Positions 1 to 11,280 of a stretch of 26,177 nt of DNA are shown here, in pieces. This DNA comes from a virus (Duplodnaviria; Caudoviricetes), in IMG/VR virus record IMGVR_UViG_3300047288_000127, positions 1 to 26,177 of that record; one strand, written 5' to 3'. The notes under the pieces were generated by a model. That model did not search any database and was not told the origin of the DNA. It saw nothing but the letters and a program-made list of their open reading frames with translations. Every line of letters begins with the position of its first letter. The first letter of the stretch is position 1. The position numbers were made by a program, and so were the translations under genes.

Positions 1-2
1 AA

Positions 3-3000
3 AAATTTAAGCAGCTGATTGCTTCAGTTCCAGCTGGTACAACGGTATTTGATAGACAGCAGCAAGTTCTTGACTTCCAGGCTAAAACTGGACAAAAGGG
101 AGTCAGCGTTGAATCACTTTATGCAGAAGCAAGGAGACAATCTGCAGGCACGGCTGGAGATCTAATTAGTGTGCTTGATATAGCTCAGACCACTCCAACA
201 GAAAGCAGGCCTGGCGGCAGAAGCTCTGGTCCAGGAAAACGAAGGATTCTAGGAAAGCCGTTAGCACAACTACAGCAGGCTGCTAGAACAGAACAAAATA
301 TTGGTTTTGATATGGGAGTACAGGATGCTCAGGCAGTCAAGAGAGGAATGTCTTCTGTTCTTGGTGATGGCAAATCAGACCCTCTTATTATTGCAACTCC
401 ATTAAGAAACAGCCCACACCCAGAAGCAAAGACTAACGGGATTGAAGATGCGAGGGCATACTCTGAGGGAATGCAGCTAGAAACAAGAAAACAAAACAGG
501 CTAAAGCTTCGCAGTCAATCTGGACGTAAAAGAGGCGGAATAAACAATGTAATTTCTGAAAAGCTTGACCAAACACTAGAAAGAGGAATGCTTGATCAAA
601 GGCAAAATCTTATAGATCAAGAAGAGGCTCTTAATGCTAATACTGCTAATCAGCAAAAAACAAGAAAAGATTTAATAAAAGAAGAAAAAGAAATTTCACG
701 ATCTGAGCGTCAGCTTCAAAGACAAGCTGCAGCTCAGCGTAGACAACAACTTGCTGGAAGAGCATTTGGAGTTTTGGGAACCGCCACAATGGTTGCAGGA
801 ATGGCAACTGGTGTAGAAGGACCAATTGGAGAAGTTGCTAGAGGAGTAATGCCAGCTCTAGCTGGGCTATCTGCCATTGCCCCAGTTTTGCTAGCACTGC
901 CAGCTCCGCTAGCACTTCTTGCTGCTGGAATTGGAGCGGTATCATTTGGGCTGATTAAATGGAACGAGATGATTGGCAATGCAAGAAAAGATGGAATAAA
1001 TCTTGGAAATGCGCTGTCGATGTCCACCGATAAGCTAATAAAGTTCTCTGAAGCTACTGGAACTGTAAGTGCTACACAGGAAAGAAGAGCAAAGCAAGAA
1101 GATCAGCTAACCAGCGCAACAGCTAAACAAAGAAAGTTTGGTCAAGAGTTTCTCTCTTCTGAATTTGGAAAAGAATTTTTGCAGTCAGTAAATACTGCGC
1201 TAGAATCTGGAATTGCTGGTGCACCACAAACAATTGCAACAAATATAGCAACAGCTGTGGCACAGGGAGTTCTAACGCCATCTCAAGCAAATAGCATTGT
1301 TGCTTCAATAGGCGCAGAGCTTGGAGACTTTGTTCTATCTGGAAAGATCAGCGCCGAGCTGATAAATCTAATTGGGCCAAATGGAGAAGATTTAACAAAA
1401 GAACCACTTAAGGTTTTGTTGGAGATTCAAGAAAAGGGAATTGAAAATCTTAAAAATGCATTAGACATAGTAACTGACCCAACAAGAATTCAAGAAATAG
1501 CACAGCAACAAGTATCTGCAGAGCGAGAGGCTGCAGAAAAATCCAGAGGATTCTGGGAAAAGACATTTGAAAGTATAAACATTTTCAGAGCAATAGCTGA
1601 AGCAAACGAAGCTGCTAAATATACTGCTCAAGCTGTACAGCTATCCATAAACTATGCTCAAAGTCAGCAGCAAGCATTGGACGTTTTAGGAAAGCAGTAT
1701 GATACAAAACTTGACCAGCTAGAACAAGAGCTTTTGTCTACAACAGATGCAGATAAAAAACTTAAATTAGAACAAGAGATTAACACAGTTCTAAAACAAA
1801 GAAAGTCAGATTTTGCAACTTTAAATAAAGCAAATCAGCAATCGTTTAATGATCTCGTAGCCATGCAGTCTAAGCTAGACCCAACAGTTTTCTCAGATGC
1901 TCTTAAGGCAACTATAGATGCAAGATTTGAGGGCAATGAGGCAATGGGTGTTATTGCCAAGGGCGTATTGGATGAGATTAATAAGTTAGAAGAATCTGAG
2001 TTTAAAACAACCTTACAGCTTCAGCTTGCATCTGGCGAACTTTCTCCGTCTGCAATAACAAGAATCCTTGAGATGCAGGATACCGTTTTGCCAGTATTGT
2101 TTAAAATGACAGCTTCTGCTGCAGGTCTACCAAATGCTAATCAGCTTTTACAGCTATTAGCAAGAGGATCTGCAACAAATGAGCAAATAATAGCAGAATT
2201 TGCAATAGCTGCAAACATAGAAGATCCAGAAGAATTTGATAGAAGACTGGAAGCAGTTAATCAGCTTTCTCAAGTGCCAACCGAATATGGGTTAAAAGTC
2301 TCAATGACTGGTCAAAATATTGGCCAGGTTATGTCGGTAGTCAGAATGCTTGAAGATGAGCCAGAAACTATTAGCTATCAAAGAGTGCTTGAGCTGGAAG
2401 AGGCAAATCCAGGAACATTCCAAGGAATCATCGATAATTGGAATACAATAACTGGCGGAGCCTCTGTAATTAAAAAAGAAATAATCTTTGACTTTAAATC
2501 AGTAGCTTCTGGCGGTAATAGCCTTATCAGTCAATATTTGCAGGCAGTTGGCGTGAGAACAAATGTGGTTGGAGATTTAAGTAAATTAACACCAGCCCAA
2601 TATAATAAGCTTTTGGCAACAGCAACATCGTACTTTATTGGTGGCGGCAAAGCAGACATCGATACGATAGAAGAAAAGGAAACGCCAGCCCAAACTACTG
2701 GTGGAACATCGGCAAATCCATTAGATGACATACTAAATAAGCTTAGGCTAGTTAGGGATTCGTCAATTCAAACAAAGGGTGGATTGGCAGAACTATTAAG
2801 AGTAATGAAAGATGGGTCAAAGGCTACAACACAGTTTGTTGGAGTTGAGCAAAAACTTTTATTCCAGGGATACGGCAAGGACTTCATTGATGCCGTTATG
2901 TCAATGGAAGAGGGAACCAGAAGACAGTTCGTAACCATTAAAAATGGAGTGGTTTCTGTAACAAATGCAGGAAAAGCCTTAGCAAGCACTTTTAGAGAAA

Positions 3001-4643
3001 TAACGCTAGGGGAGTATCAGGTTTCTTTAACAGCTGACGTGGCTGCGATAAATGCTCAAATAACATCAATGATTAAGCTAAAGTCGGCTGGGCTTTCTCT
3101 AGCTGACTCTTCTGAAATAGTACAGGATAGACAATTAGCTCTTGCGGTTGCCAATGCAGCAAATAAAGAAGAGGTTGAAAAGCTTATACAAGCGTATAAA
3201 GAATTAAAAGCTGCAGAAGATAGGCTCGCTCTCTTTACTCCAGAAGGAAGAATAAGAGAGTTTAAAGATGTTGCGTCAGAGGCAAATGCTTATTTCTCTG
3301 CACAAGAAGAATTCTACAATCAGCAATATGAGGCTGGAGTTAAGGCATATGAAGTAACAAATGAAATTGTAAAGGCTCAGAGAGAAGTAACAGATAAAGA
3401 ATTTAAGATTGACGATTTGCAGTTTGCGCTTGATCAAATTTCAGAAAAAGAGCAGGAAATTAATGATGAGTATGATAAGCGTGAAGAGGCAATTGAAAAT
3501 ATTTTCAAGGCTAATAAGGCTGTTCTAGAACAAGACAAGGAAAAGCTAGACATCGCAGATGCATTAGCTTCTGGAGATTTAGCCGCCGCTGCCAAGGCCA
3601 TGAGAGCACAAACAGTTGCTAATCTTGAAAGAAATAAAGAAGCACAGATTAATAATTTGCAAATTTCTAGAGAAGCAGAGCTTGCAAGGGTTAGGGATGC
3701 TAGCGGAAAATCAAGACTTGAAATAGAAAAAGAAATTAGAGATCTAGAAAAAGAAATTGTTAATATACAAGAAAGCAAGCTAGAGCCATATCAGCAGGAG
3801 ATAGAGAGGCTTGACAGGATTAGGCAAGATGCCCTAAAAGATGTAAGCAACACAGGTTTCCTGGGACTAACTCAATCTAGATGGGAAACCATTGCTAATG
3901 AAATTGAAAGGGCAAGATTTAATGTGGCTGGATATGCAGATGAGCTTAAGAGTAGGCTATCTGCTTTAGGATTTACAATTAATGCAGATGGAAGCGTAGG
4001 ATTTTCATCAACCACTGCCGCTTCAATTGTTAATCCAAATACAGCTGCAGGCACAACACCCACACCGTCTCCTGCCCCAACTACGGAACAAACAGATGTT
4101 CAAAAACAAATTGCAGAGCTAAATAGAAGAATTGCAATAACAAGATGGCGAGTAAACAATGAAAATCTGAGTGCCTCTCAAAAGCAAGATCTTATGGCAA
4201 TCAATATTAAGAGAATAAAAGAAGTTCAAAGGCTGGGCGGAACTCCAGATATGACGGGACAGATAAAACCAGGATCAAGCGCAGAAATCATAAAATTAGC
4301 ACCAGGGTTTGCTGCAGGTGGATATGTTGCCAAGTATATGAGAATGGGCGGACTCTTGCCATATAAGGCAGAGGGTGGTACAATATTCTCGTCAATGGGG
4401 ACAGACACCGTTCCAGCAATGCTAACTCCAGGAGAATTTGTTGTTCGAAGACATGCGGTAAGCAATTTTGGGGTAGATAGACTTAAAGCCATAAACAATG
4501 GATCATATAAGGGCGATTCAATGTATAATTATAGCGTCAATGTTAATGTTAAGTCAGACGCTAATCCAGACGAGATTGCAAGAAGCGTAATGACACAAAT
4601 CAAGCGCATTGACTCTCAAAGAATTAGGGGAAATAGACTGTAA
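3..4643 (+). CDS. Tail tape measure protein (5'-truncated; true start lies upstream of the window)
   Basis: The frame of ORF 171..4643 stays open back to base 3 (KFKQLIASVPAG...). Very long Ala/Glu/Gln/Leu-rich helical and coiled-coil protein with a hydrophobic segment (GVLGTATMVAGM...LLAAGIGAVSFGL) and the typical tape-measure C-terminal motif GTDTVPAMLTPGEFVV. Followed by tail-tip genes. Confidence 0.92.
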   Translation, partial: KFKQLIASVPAGTTVFDRQQQVLDFQAKTGQKGVSVESLYAEARRQSAGTAGDLISVLDIAQTTPTESRPGGRSSGPGKRRILGKPLAQLQQAARTEQNIGFDMGVQDAQAVKRGMSSVLGDGKSDPLIIATPLRNSPHPEAKTNGIEDARAYSEGMQLETRKQNRLKLRSQSGRKRGGINNVISEKLDQTLERGMLDQRQNLIDQEEALNANTANQQKTRKDLIKEEKEISRSERQLQRQAAAQRRQQLAGRAFGVLGTATMVAGMATGVEGPIGEVARGVMPALAGLSAIAPVLLALPAPLALLAAGIGAVSFGLIKWNEMIGNARKDGINLGNALSMSTDKLIKFSEATGTVSATQERRAKQEDQLTSATAKQRKFGQEFLSSEFGKEFLQSVNTALESGIAGAPQTIATNIATAVAQGVLTPSQANSIVASIGAELGDFVLSGKISAELINLIGPNGEDLTKEPLKVLLEIQEKGIENLKNALDIVTDPTRIQEIAQQQVSAEREAAEKSRGFWEKTFESINIFRAIAEANEAAKYTAQAVQLSINYAQSQQQALDVLGKQYDTKLDQLEQELLSTTDADKKLKLEQEINTVLKQRKSDFATLNKANQQSFNDLVAMQSKLDPTVFSDALKATIDARFEGNEAMGVIAKGVLDEINKLEESEFKTTLQLQLASGELSPSAITRILEMQDTVLPVLFKMTASAAGLPNANQLLQLLARGSATNEQIIAEFAIAANIEDPEEFDRRLEAVNQLSQVPTEYGLKVSMTGQNIGQVMSVVRMLEDEPETISYQRVLELEEANPGTFQGIIDNWNTITGGASVIKKEIIFDFKSVASGGNSLISQYLQAVGVRTNVVGDLSKLTPAQYNKLLATATSYFIGGGKADIDTIEEKETPAQTTGGTSANPLDDILNKLRLVRDSSIQTKGGLAELLRVMKDGSKATTQFVGVEQKLLFQGYGKDFIDAVMSMEEGTRRQFVTIKNGVVSVTNAGKALASTFREITLGEYQVSLTADVAAINAQITSMIKLKSAGLSLADSSEIVQDRQLALAVANAANKEEVEKLIQAYKELKAAEDRLALFTPEGRIREFKDVASEANAYFSAQEEFYNQQYEAGVKAYEVTNEIVKAQREVTDKEFKIDDLQFALDQISEKEQEINDEYDKREEAIENIFKANKAVLEQDKEKLDIADALASGDLAAAAKAMRAQTVANLERNKEAQINNLQISREAELARVRDASGKSRLEIEKEIRDLEKEIVNIQESKLEPYQQEIERLDRIRQDALKDVSNTGFLGLTQSRWETIANEIERARFNVAGYADELKSRLSALGFTINADGSVGFSSTTAASIVNPNTAAGTTPTPSPAPTTEQTDVQKQIAELNRRIAITRWRVNNENLSASQKQDLMAINIKRIKEVQRLGGTPDMTGQIKPGSSAEIIKLAPGFAAGGYVAKYMRMGGLLPYKAEGGTIFSSMGTDTVPAMLTPGEFVVRRHAVSNFGVDRLKAINNGSYKGDSMYNYSVNVNVKSDANPDEIARSVMTQIKRIDSQRIRGNRL

Positions 4644-5311
4644 TGACTAGTGCAGCATACATGGCAGGCCGTAAAAAATATGCTAGACCACAAGCAATGC
4701 TTTGGGCAGATAGCCCAGGAACGCTTATAGATGGTGTATATATTCCAAACGACTTTGAGATAAATGCCGCCAATAGCGGAGAGCTTGGAAATCAGTTTAT
4801 TATTTTGTCTGACGATAATCGTGACCCAATTGAGTTTAATGTAGAAAGAATTGAGAAAAGAGAAAGAATGATTAATGGTAGGATGCGATCTTATCATATC
4901 GCAGATAAGCTTTCTATCTCTACTTCATGGCAAATGCTGCCATCTAGATCTTTTGCCCTCGCCCCAGACTTTGACGAAAACGGTATTCCAGATTTAGTCA
5001 CTTCTACTGAGGGCAAGCTTGTAACTCCATATGGCTCAGCATATTACGCAGATCAGCAGTACACAACAGACGGCGGAGCTGGCGGTGTAGAGATTTTAGA
5101 CTGGTACGAAAAACACCAAGGACCATTTTGGGTATTCTTGGCATACGATAAATATACAACTTTCGGAAGAGATGATTCTGCATATGCACAACTTCCAAGA
5201 TATAACCAGATAATTGAAATGTTCTTTTCTGATTTCAGTTATTCTGTTGAAAAGCGTGGCAATAGCACATATGACTTTTGGAATATATCGGTAACGCTGG
5301 AAGAGGTCTAA
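4643..5311 (+). CDS. Minor tail protein, probable distal tail (Dit-like) protein
   Basis: 222 aa, coupled to the tape measure gene by TAATG. Position directly after TMP, and beta-rich motifs (RERMINGRMRSYH; C-terminal WNISVTLEEV), fit siphovirus distal tail proteins. The Dit call rests on synteny. Confidence 0.65.
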   Translation: MTSAAYMAGRKKYARPQAMLWADSPGTLIDGVYIPNDFEINAANSGELGNQFIILSDDNRDPIEFNVERIEKRERMINGRMRSYHIADKLSISTSWQMLPSRSFALAPDFDENGIPDLVTSTEGKLVTPYGSAYYADQQYTTDGGAGGVEILDWYEKHQGPFWVFLAYDKYTTFGRDDSAYAQLPRYNQIIEMFFSDFSYSVEKRGNSTYDFWNISVTLEEV

Positions 5312-8300
5312 GTGTTTCAGGACCCAACGCTAAAAGATTACTTAGAAACCAGCTCTTTAGTTAGAAATGAGTCATTAATAATTGCTGAATGGAATCTAAA
5401 TATTGCAAACAATATTGATAGAATTGGTAATTATAGATATCGACCAACCTCTGAAATAGGGTCTATTTATCGTAATCCAGCATCAACATACGACCAATTT
5501 GACGAAGGAAACTATTATACTGGAGCAACAGACTCTGACATAACTATAGACGGAGGACTTGATAACCAAGATGTGCCAACCGTTTTCCTTTCTTCAAAAC
5601 AAAAAGAAAGTCTGCTATATTCTTTAGAAGATTGTTTTTCTAGATTTAGGCCTAGGTCTGGAATAAATAAGATAAGATATTTTAATAATAGATATACCCA
5701 TCATGCTAATCAGGAAATGGCCAATCGCCCAAGGTACTACATGGCACACAAGGATGATCAATTTAAATACTGGACATCCTACAGGACTGAGACAAACAAC
5801 GATAACACTACATCTGAGCGGGGAATTGCCTCTATTAATATAAATAATCTATATTACATAGACGACGCTGCACCGTATATAGTTTATAAAAATAGCATAC
5901 CAACAAATAGAATTGTAGTTAAAATGCAAACTAATGTTGGCACAACAGATCTAGGACCATTTTCAAATTCATATACGACATTTAATGATCCAATGTTTGG
6001 CGATGCAAATAAAACTACTCCAGTAAGATGGAGAATACAATATCTGGTGAGCAATACTTGGCAAGACGCAGCATCATTCGATGAAAACTCTATCAGGTCA
6101 AACGGTCAGCCAATTATAAAAGAGGATGGATATGTTGAAATCGGATATGGCCTAAACATACCAGAAAAATATATAAATAGTTTTGTCTTAGCAGATACTC
6201 TTGTATCAGCAGATCTTTTACCAGAAACTGGAATATTTGGCCAGGCATATTTGATAAAAACATCTAGTCTAGATATGGGCACATACTATGTTTGGTCGGG
6301 AACCGAATTTGAGCAGTTTGAGCCAACCTATGGATGGAGGCTTATAGAAGACGGGGTTGACAATGCAACTCCATATGTTACAGAATTTGTAGATCCGCCA
6401 CAATATCTAGACTCACAGAACAATCTTATTCAGTACAGAGAATTTGCTCTTATTGATGGCGTAAGGATTGTTGTAGAGACTATGAATAAGCTAGACAGCA
6501 CCCTCGATCTAATTGAAATTTCTCCAAGATTGACAGCAAATATTTCAGACAGAACGATGTCTTATTCGATATCTAAAACAGCCTCTGATCTGGGAATTAG
6601 CGGAATGCCAGTTGGACAGCTTTTGGCATCGACTGGCAGCATAGAAATTTTTGATTATGATAATGCCTTTAGTGATGTGAACTCAGATAGCATAATATCA
6701 AAATATGCTTCGCAAAATTTACAAATTAAGTTTTATGAAATTATTAAAAATGTAGAATCTTACGACTATTATGTTCCAATAAAGACAATGTATATCGAAG
6801 GCTTTCCTCAGCTTTCTAATACTGAGCGTATTGTTTCAATTAACCTTAGAGACCTATACTTTTATTTTGAATCAATAACTGCACCACAGCTATTGCTTAC
6901 AAATGTATCTCTTAGCTATGCAATATCTACATTATTGGACTATATTGGTTTTTCGAATTATGCCTTTAAAAGGATTGACGGAGAGTCAGACCCAATTATT
7001 CCATATTTCTTTGTTGAGTCAGATGTAAGTATTGCACAGGTCCTAAATGATCTAGCAGTTTCAACACAAAGCTCAATGTTTTTTGATGAGTATAATAACT
7101 TCATAGTTATGAGCAAAAACTATGCGCTACCATCAGCATCAGAAAGGCCAACAGACATTACTTTATATGGAACTGTAGATTTTGAAAAAGATGGTGCATA
7201 TTCAAACAGTCCAACATCTAGAATATTAGCAAACATTGTAGATATTTCTGCACAGGATAATGCGGTGTATAATGACGGCCAGATAACATATACTACAAGA
7301 TATATCCAAAAGCAATTTAGGGGTACTGCTCAAGCAGAGCTTCAGGATAGGCAAAGAAATTGGATATATCGTCCAGTCATAATGTGGCAAGGCGCACCAA
7401 TCGAAAAGCTTTTATCAAAAAATGGACAATACGAAACAACTCAGGATGCATTGGCAGCCATACCATTAAACTCAACCTTAACAGCAGATTTACCAATTGT
7501 TCAAAATAATACTGTTATTAATAATATAATGGATCTAGGAGAAGGCGTTTATTATCTATCTAGATATAATGGGTATTTTTATGCCAATGGAGAAATTATT
7601 AAGTATGATGCTGTTCAGTATAATATTCCAGGCATAACATCAGCAAATGGAGGCCCAAATGTTTGGATTAGCAGCTCACAGGAATATGAGAGATATTTTG
7701 CACAACTACCATTTAATGGCAAAATATATCCAACAGGACTAATAAGAATTTACTCAGAGCCAAATTACGAAACTGTTGGCGAAACATTTAGAATGAAAAA
7801 TGGTTCAGTTGCAAAACATGGAAGAGGCCAATTTGGGACTCAGCCGATAACTCATTATGCAGGCATAGATCCATATTGGAAATCAACTCAAAACATGTAT
7901 GGTTGTCATATGTCATCAAGCTATCTTTTCTCCTCTGACACCTCTACAGCAGACTTAAATCTTTCTTCTGGACCTGCTGGACTATTTACTCCAGACGGCA
8001 ATTCATCTAAGCTAGAAGCTCAAAAAACCCTGGCTACCAGTATTATTAAAAACTTTATGGTTCAGTCTTCACTTACAGAAGCAGAGCAGGCAGAACTTTT
8101 ATCAACAGATAGCGCAACAGTACAGGCATCTGCACTTATTTTGACTGGCAAATCTTTTAGAAGCACAGAAAATCCAGTAGATTTTATTTCTTATATACCA
8201 AAACCGCTAAATGAAAAGTATGTGCACTTTGGAACCAGAATGAGAATTGTTGGAAAGGTTCTAACTAATGCCGATAGAATTCAAAACCCATCTGGAAGCT

Positions 8301-9634
8301 CAACTTATTACACCGTCCCTGGTAGCTCTCCAGATAAGAGTATCACGGTCGGAGCATCTTCTGGAGGAATTGGTATACTCATTAATCCAGAAAACAATAA
8401 TGGATACTTTTTTGAAATAGCTGCATTAACATCAAATAATCCTCTGGCACACAATTTGTTATTTTATAAAGTTGTTCGTGACTCTGACACTGACGCTGCA
8501 ATTCCAGTTAAGCTTTGGAGTGAATTTTCTGCTGGGATCACTACAGATGATGGAACATTTGTTGGAATGGGCAGGGTAACCGATAGCGGCATTACCAGTG
8601 TTTATGATCTAGCAGTTGAATATGAAAACATAGGAAGCACAAGAAGATTCTATCTATATATAAATAATAGAATTATTGCAACCGTAGATGATACATCTCC
8701 ACTTCCAATATACAATAATATGGCAGTATTTGTTCGAGGATCTTCAAGGTGCATGTTTGAAAATATATATGCTCTTGGAAATAACTATGCTCAAAATACA
8801 GTCTTTGCCCTTGACACACCTGCAAAATTTGTACATGGAAATGAAATAATTCAAGCAAGTGATGCCCTAAAGAAATATGCAATTAGTGGAATGGTTCAAT
8901 CTTCCTATCTTAGTGGAATTAGTCCATCAGAACCGCCAAAATTTAATATATATTATGAAGAGTTTGGAACGATCATGAGAGAGGTAGCATACTATAATGT
9001 TAAATATGATAAGGCATATCCAGCATTATATGCCAAGCTACAATATCGTCCAGTAAAATCAAAAAATCTTGTTGTTTCTGGTTTTATGGCTGGAGCTTAT
9101 TCGGCAGAATTTTTGCTATTTAATGCGACAGACTCCGCCATTGTGCTAAATGAAAATGGAGCAGATATCTCTATTCAGGGAATAACATTTACTCAGTCTT
9201 CAGCAACTGAACTAACGGTAGATTCATATTTTTCAAAAGCAAGCGATTTCTCTAATGTTGATTTTATTGCAGATCCATTGGTTCAGTCACCATTAAAGGC
9301 TGCTGAATACTATCAGGATATTAAGGTTAGCCGTCTAACACACAATAGGAATGCCTTTAATATAGATGCAAAATATGTGCAAACTCAGGACGACGCAAAC
9401 AATCTGATGGCCTGGATGATTAGGAAAATTATGAAGCCTAGAAGATCACTAGGGGTTCAGATATTTGCAAATCCAACCATTCAGCTTGGAGATATAGTTA
9501 GTATTAGCTATAAGGACAAATCTGGAAATGACCAGATTGCCAAAGAAGATTCCAGGTTTGTGGTTTATAATATTGAATATGCAAAAGATAATTCGGGTCC
9601 GTCCATGACGCTTTATTTGAGTGAGGCGGCGTAA
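5312..9634 (+). CDS. Large minor tail protein (baseplate hub/Tal-like or central fibre) with a probable ConA/LamG-like domain
   Basis: 1440 aa, GTG start immediately after the previous stop. Hub-like segments (LNDLAVSTQSSMFFDEYNNF; C-terminal NPTIQLGDIVSI) and a beta-sandwich-like segment (GGIGILINPENNNGYFFEI...VYDLAVEY...FYLYINNRIIATVDD). Confidence 0.72.
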   Translation: MFQDPTLKDYLETSSLVRNESLIIAEWNLNIANNIDRIGNYRYRPTSEIGSIYRNPASTYDQFDEGNYYTGATDSDITIDGGLDNQDVPTVFLSSKQKESLLYSLEDCFSRFRPRSGINKIRYFNNRYTHHANQEMANRPRYYMAHKDDQFKYWTSYRTETNNDNTTSERGIASININNLYYIDDAAPYIVYKNSIPTNRIVVKMQTNVGTTDLGPFSNSYTTFNDPMFGDANKTTPVRWRIQYLVSNTWQDAASFDENSIRSNGQPIIKEDGYVEIGYGLNIPEKYINSFVLADTLVSADLLPETGIFGQAYLIKTSSLDMGTYYVWSGTEFEQFEPTYGWRLIEDGVDNATPYVTEFVDPPQYLDSQNNLIQYREFALIDGVRIVVETMNKLDSTLDLIEISPRLTANISDRTMSYSISKTASDLGISGMPVGQLLASTGSIEIFDYDNAFSDVNSDSIISKYASQNLQIKFYEIIKNVESYDYYVPIKTMYIEGFPQLSNTERIVSINLRDLYFYFESITAPQLLLTNVSLSYAISTLLDYIGFSNYAFKRIDGESDPIIPYFFVESDVSIAQVLNDLAVSTQSSMFFDEYNNFIVMSKNYALPSASERPTDITLYGTVDFEKDGAYSNSPTSRILANIVDISAQDNAVYNDGQITYTTRYIQKQFRGTAQAELQDRQRNWIYRPVIMWQGAPIEKLLSKNGQYETTQDALAAIPLNSTLTADLPIVQNNTVINNIMDLGEGVYYLSRYNGYFYANGEIIKYDAVQYNIPGITSANGGPNVWISSSQEYERYFAQLPFNGKIYPTGLIRIYSEPNYETVGETFRMKNGSVAKHGRGQFGTQPITHYAGIDPYWKSTQNMYGCHMSSSYLFSSDTSTADLNLSSGPAGLFTPDGNSSKLEAQKTLATSIIKNFMVQSSLTEAEQAELLSTDSATVQASALILTGKSFRSTENPVDFISYIPKPLNEKYVHFGTRMRIVGKVLTNADRIQNPSGSSTYYTVPGSSPDKSITVGASSGGIGILINPENNNGYFFEIAALTSNNPLAHNLLFYKVVRDSDTDAAIPVKLWSEFSAGITTDDGTFVGMGRVTDSGITSVYDLAVEYENIGSTRRFYLYINNRIIATVDDTSPLPIYNNMAVFVRGSSRCMFENIYALGNNYAQNTVFALDTPAKFVHGNEIIQASDALKKYAISGMVQSSYLSGISPSEPPKFNIYYEEFGTIMREVAYYNVKYDKAYPALYAKLQYRPVKSKNLVVSGFMAGAYSAEFLLFNATDSAIVLNENGADISIQGITFTQSSATELTVDSYFSKASDFSNVDFIADPLVQSPLKAAEYYQDIKVSRLTHNRNAFNIDAKYVQTQDDANNLMAWMIRKIMKPRRSLGVQIFANPTIQLGDIVSISYKDKSGNDQIAKEDSRFVVYNIEYAKDNSGPSMTLYLSEAA

Positions 9635-10131
9635 TGGTAAATCCAATTCCAGATATTCCATCAGTTATTCGCAGCGTACCATCTGGTCAGGGAATAAAGA
9701 CAGCAACCCCAGATTTATTTGTGTACTCTGAGATAGAAGATTCTGGCGTATTAGAAGATCTGCTTTTTGAATCACTCGCTGGGCAAGAGCTAATCAATAT
9801 CGCCAGGCATGACACCATAAATGGGCAGTCAATTGTTTACAGACCAATTAAAAATGTATCATCAATAGCCCTTAAATATAGCCCTCAGAATTTGTTATCA
9901 TTACAGAATCCAAGCAATGCCTACTTCAATAATTTTCCAATCAAATTTCAAGACAGGGTTCCAGAGATAGATGACTTAAGAACATTTTTAAATAATAGTG
10001 CTGCTAATATAGTAATGCTGGATGATCAAACTGGAGATTTGCTCATATATGTGGTAGATATGGAAGACGATGAGCGACTTGAGATTCAGATATTGTCGGC
10101 AGGCGAAGTCTTAGATGGTACAATATATTGA
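9634..10131 (+). CDS. Hypothetical virion/tail-associated protein
   Basis: 165 aa, TAATG overlap with the previous gene, inside the tail module. Confidence 0.6.
   Translation: MVNPIPDIPSVIRSVPSGQGIKTATPDLFVYSEIEDSGVLEDLLFESLAGQELINIARHDTINGQSIVYRPIKNVSSIALKYSPQNLLSLQNPSNAYFNNFPIKFQDRVPEIDDLRTFLNNSAANIVMLDDQTGDLLIYVVDMEDDERLEIQILSAGEVLDGTIY
10116..10124 (+). promoter_or_regulatory. Putative extended -10 promoter (TGGTACAAT) for gene 10141
   Basis: TGn-TACAAT. Predicted start near 10131 gives the short leader AGGAAATAAT before ATG 10141. No clear -35. Confidence 0.5.
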
Positions 10132-10140
10132 GGAAATAAT

Positions 10141-11280
10141 ATGATTACAAATACTGGAAAAAGCATTCTATCTAAATACCTAATTGGGCAAGCACCTGCA
10201 TATGCATCTTATATTGCAGTTGGCTGTGGCCCTAAACCATTAACAACGTCTGCTTCTAGCCAAGATTATTCAGATCAAGCAAGCCTGGACTTTGAAATGT
10301 TCCGTGTGCCAATTATATCTAGGGGATACGTTACTACAGACTCAGATACAACAGAATTGGTTTTAACAGCAGAGCTTCCTACAGAAGAAAGATATGAAAT
10401 AACAGAGGTTGGAGTTTATTCAGCTGGCGCAAACCCAGCAGCTGGTGGAAATGACAGCAGAGTTTTATATTCTTTTAATACTAATAGTGAAAACTGGGAA
10501 CTTCACTCACTAGATGTGGCAGAAGCAATTATTGCAGAATATGGAAATCTAGACGACGAGGGCGACAACGTAATTCGTAACGATGTCGGCAACAATGGAA
10601 TTATTTTTGTTACTAATGCTGATAACCCTCTTTTTATTAATCCAGAGCGAGTTTCTAGGGGAGAAAGAAGCAGATTCCTTAACAATATGGTAGTTATGCG
10701 AGGAGACCTTTCTGAAATAGATAAAACAGGAGATGTTCTTGTGCCAGCATCTCAGGCAAGGCATATCCATTTAACTGGAACACAAATATTATTAGATAAA
10801 AATTCTCCCAATGATGAAATAAGGCTTGCATTTTCTGTTATAAATAAAGATGGTTTGGCAGCAGGAAATCCAAGCACTGTTAGGATTGTAGTAGAGTTTG
10901 CATCAGAAGACGTATCTGGATCTACTGGACAGTGGGCAAGGCTTCAAAAGGAATATACAGCATCAGATCTATCCTCTGACGGCGAAAGATACAAGGTACT
11001 TTCAAGCTCTTTGGGAAGCTTGATAAAAAGTCCAGAGTTTAGCTGGGAAGCAATTAAGATTGTTAAGATTTACGTTTCTGTGTTAGATAATCTTGGAGAT
11101 CCAGATCCAGACTATTATGTTGCTCTAGATGCAATCAGGTTTGAAAATCTAAATACAACGAGTCCACTGTATGGGCTTACTGGATACACTGTTTTAAAAA
11201 CTGAGGACGGTAATGCAGTAGTTAAAGAGGCAAACACTGCAAATCTTATAGAATTTAGATTTGCAATGGATGTGGTATAA
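10141..11280 (+). CDS. Minor tail protein (tail collar/fibre-like N-terminus, possible carbohydrate-binding C-terminal domain)
   Basis: 379 aa, GAGG before ATG. N-terminus MITNTGK...YIAVGCG...EITEVGVY resembles phage tail-collar fibre N-domains. C-terminal WEAIKIVKIYVSV...VALDAIRFEN resembles a jelly-roll CBM-like fold. Confidence 0.62.
   Translation: MITNTGKSILSKYLIGQAPAYASYIAVGCGPKPLTTSASSQDYSDQASLDFEMFRVPIISRGYVTTDSDTTELVLTAELPTEERYEITEVGVYSAGANPAAGGNDSRVLYSFNTNSENWELHSLDVAEAIIAEYGNLDDEGDNVIRNDVGNNGIIFVTNADNPLFINPERVSRGERSRFLNNMVVMRGDLSEIDKTGDVLVPASQARHIHLTGTQILLDKNSPNDEIRLAFSVINKDGLAAGNPSTVRIVVEFASEDVSGSTGQWARLQKEYTASDLSSDGERYKVLSSSLGSLIKSPEFSWEAIKIVKIYVSVLDNLGDPDPDYYVALDAIRFENLNTTSPLYGLTGYTVLKTEDGNAVVKEANTANLIEFRFAMDVV

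Noticed and set aside
171-173. GTG 171 as the tape measure start
   Set aside because: The frame is open to the window edge, so the gene most likely begins upstream.
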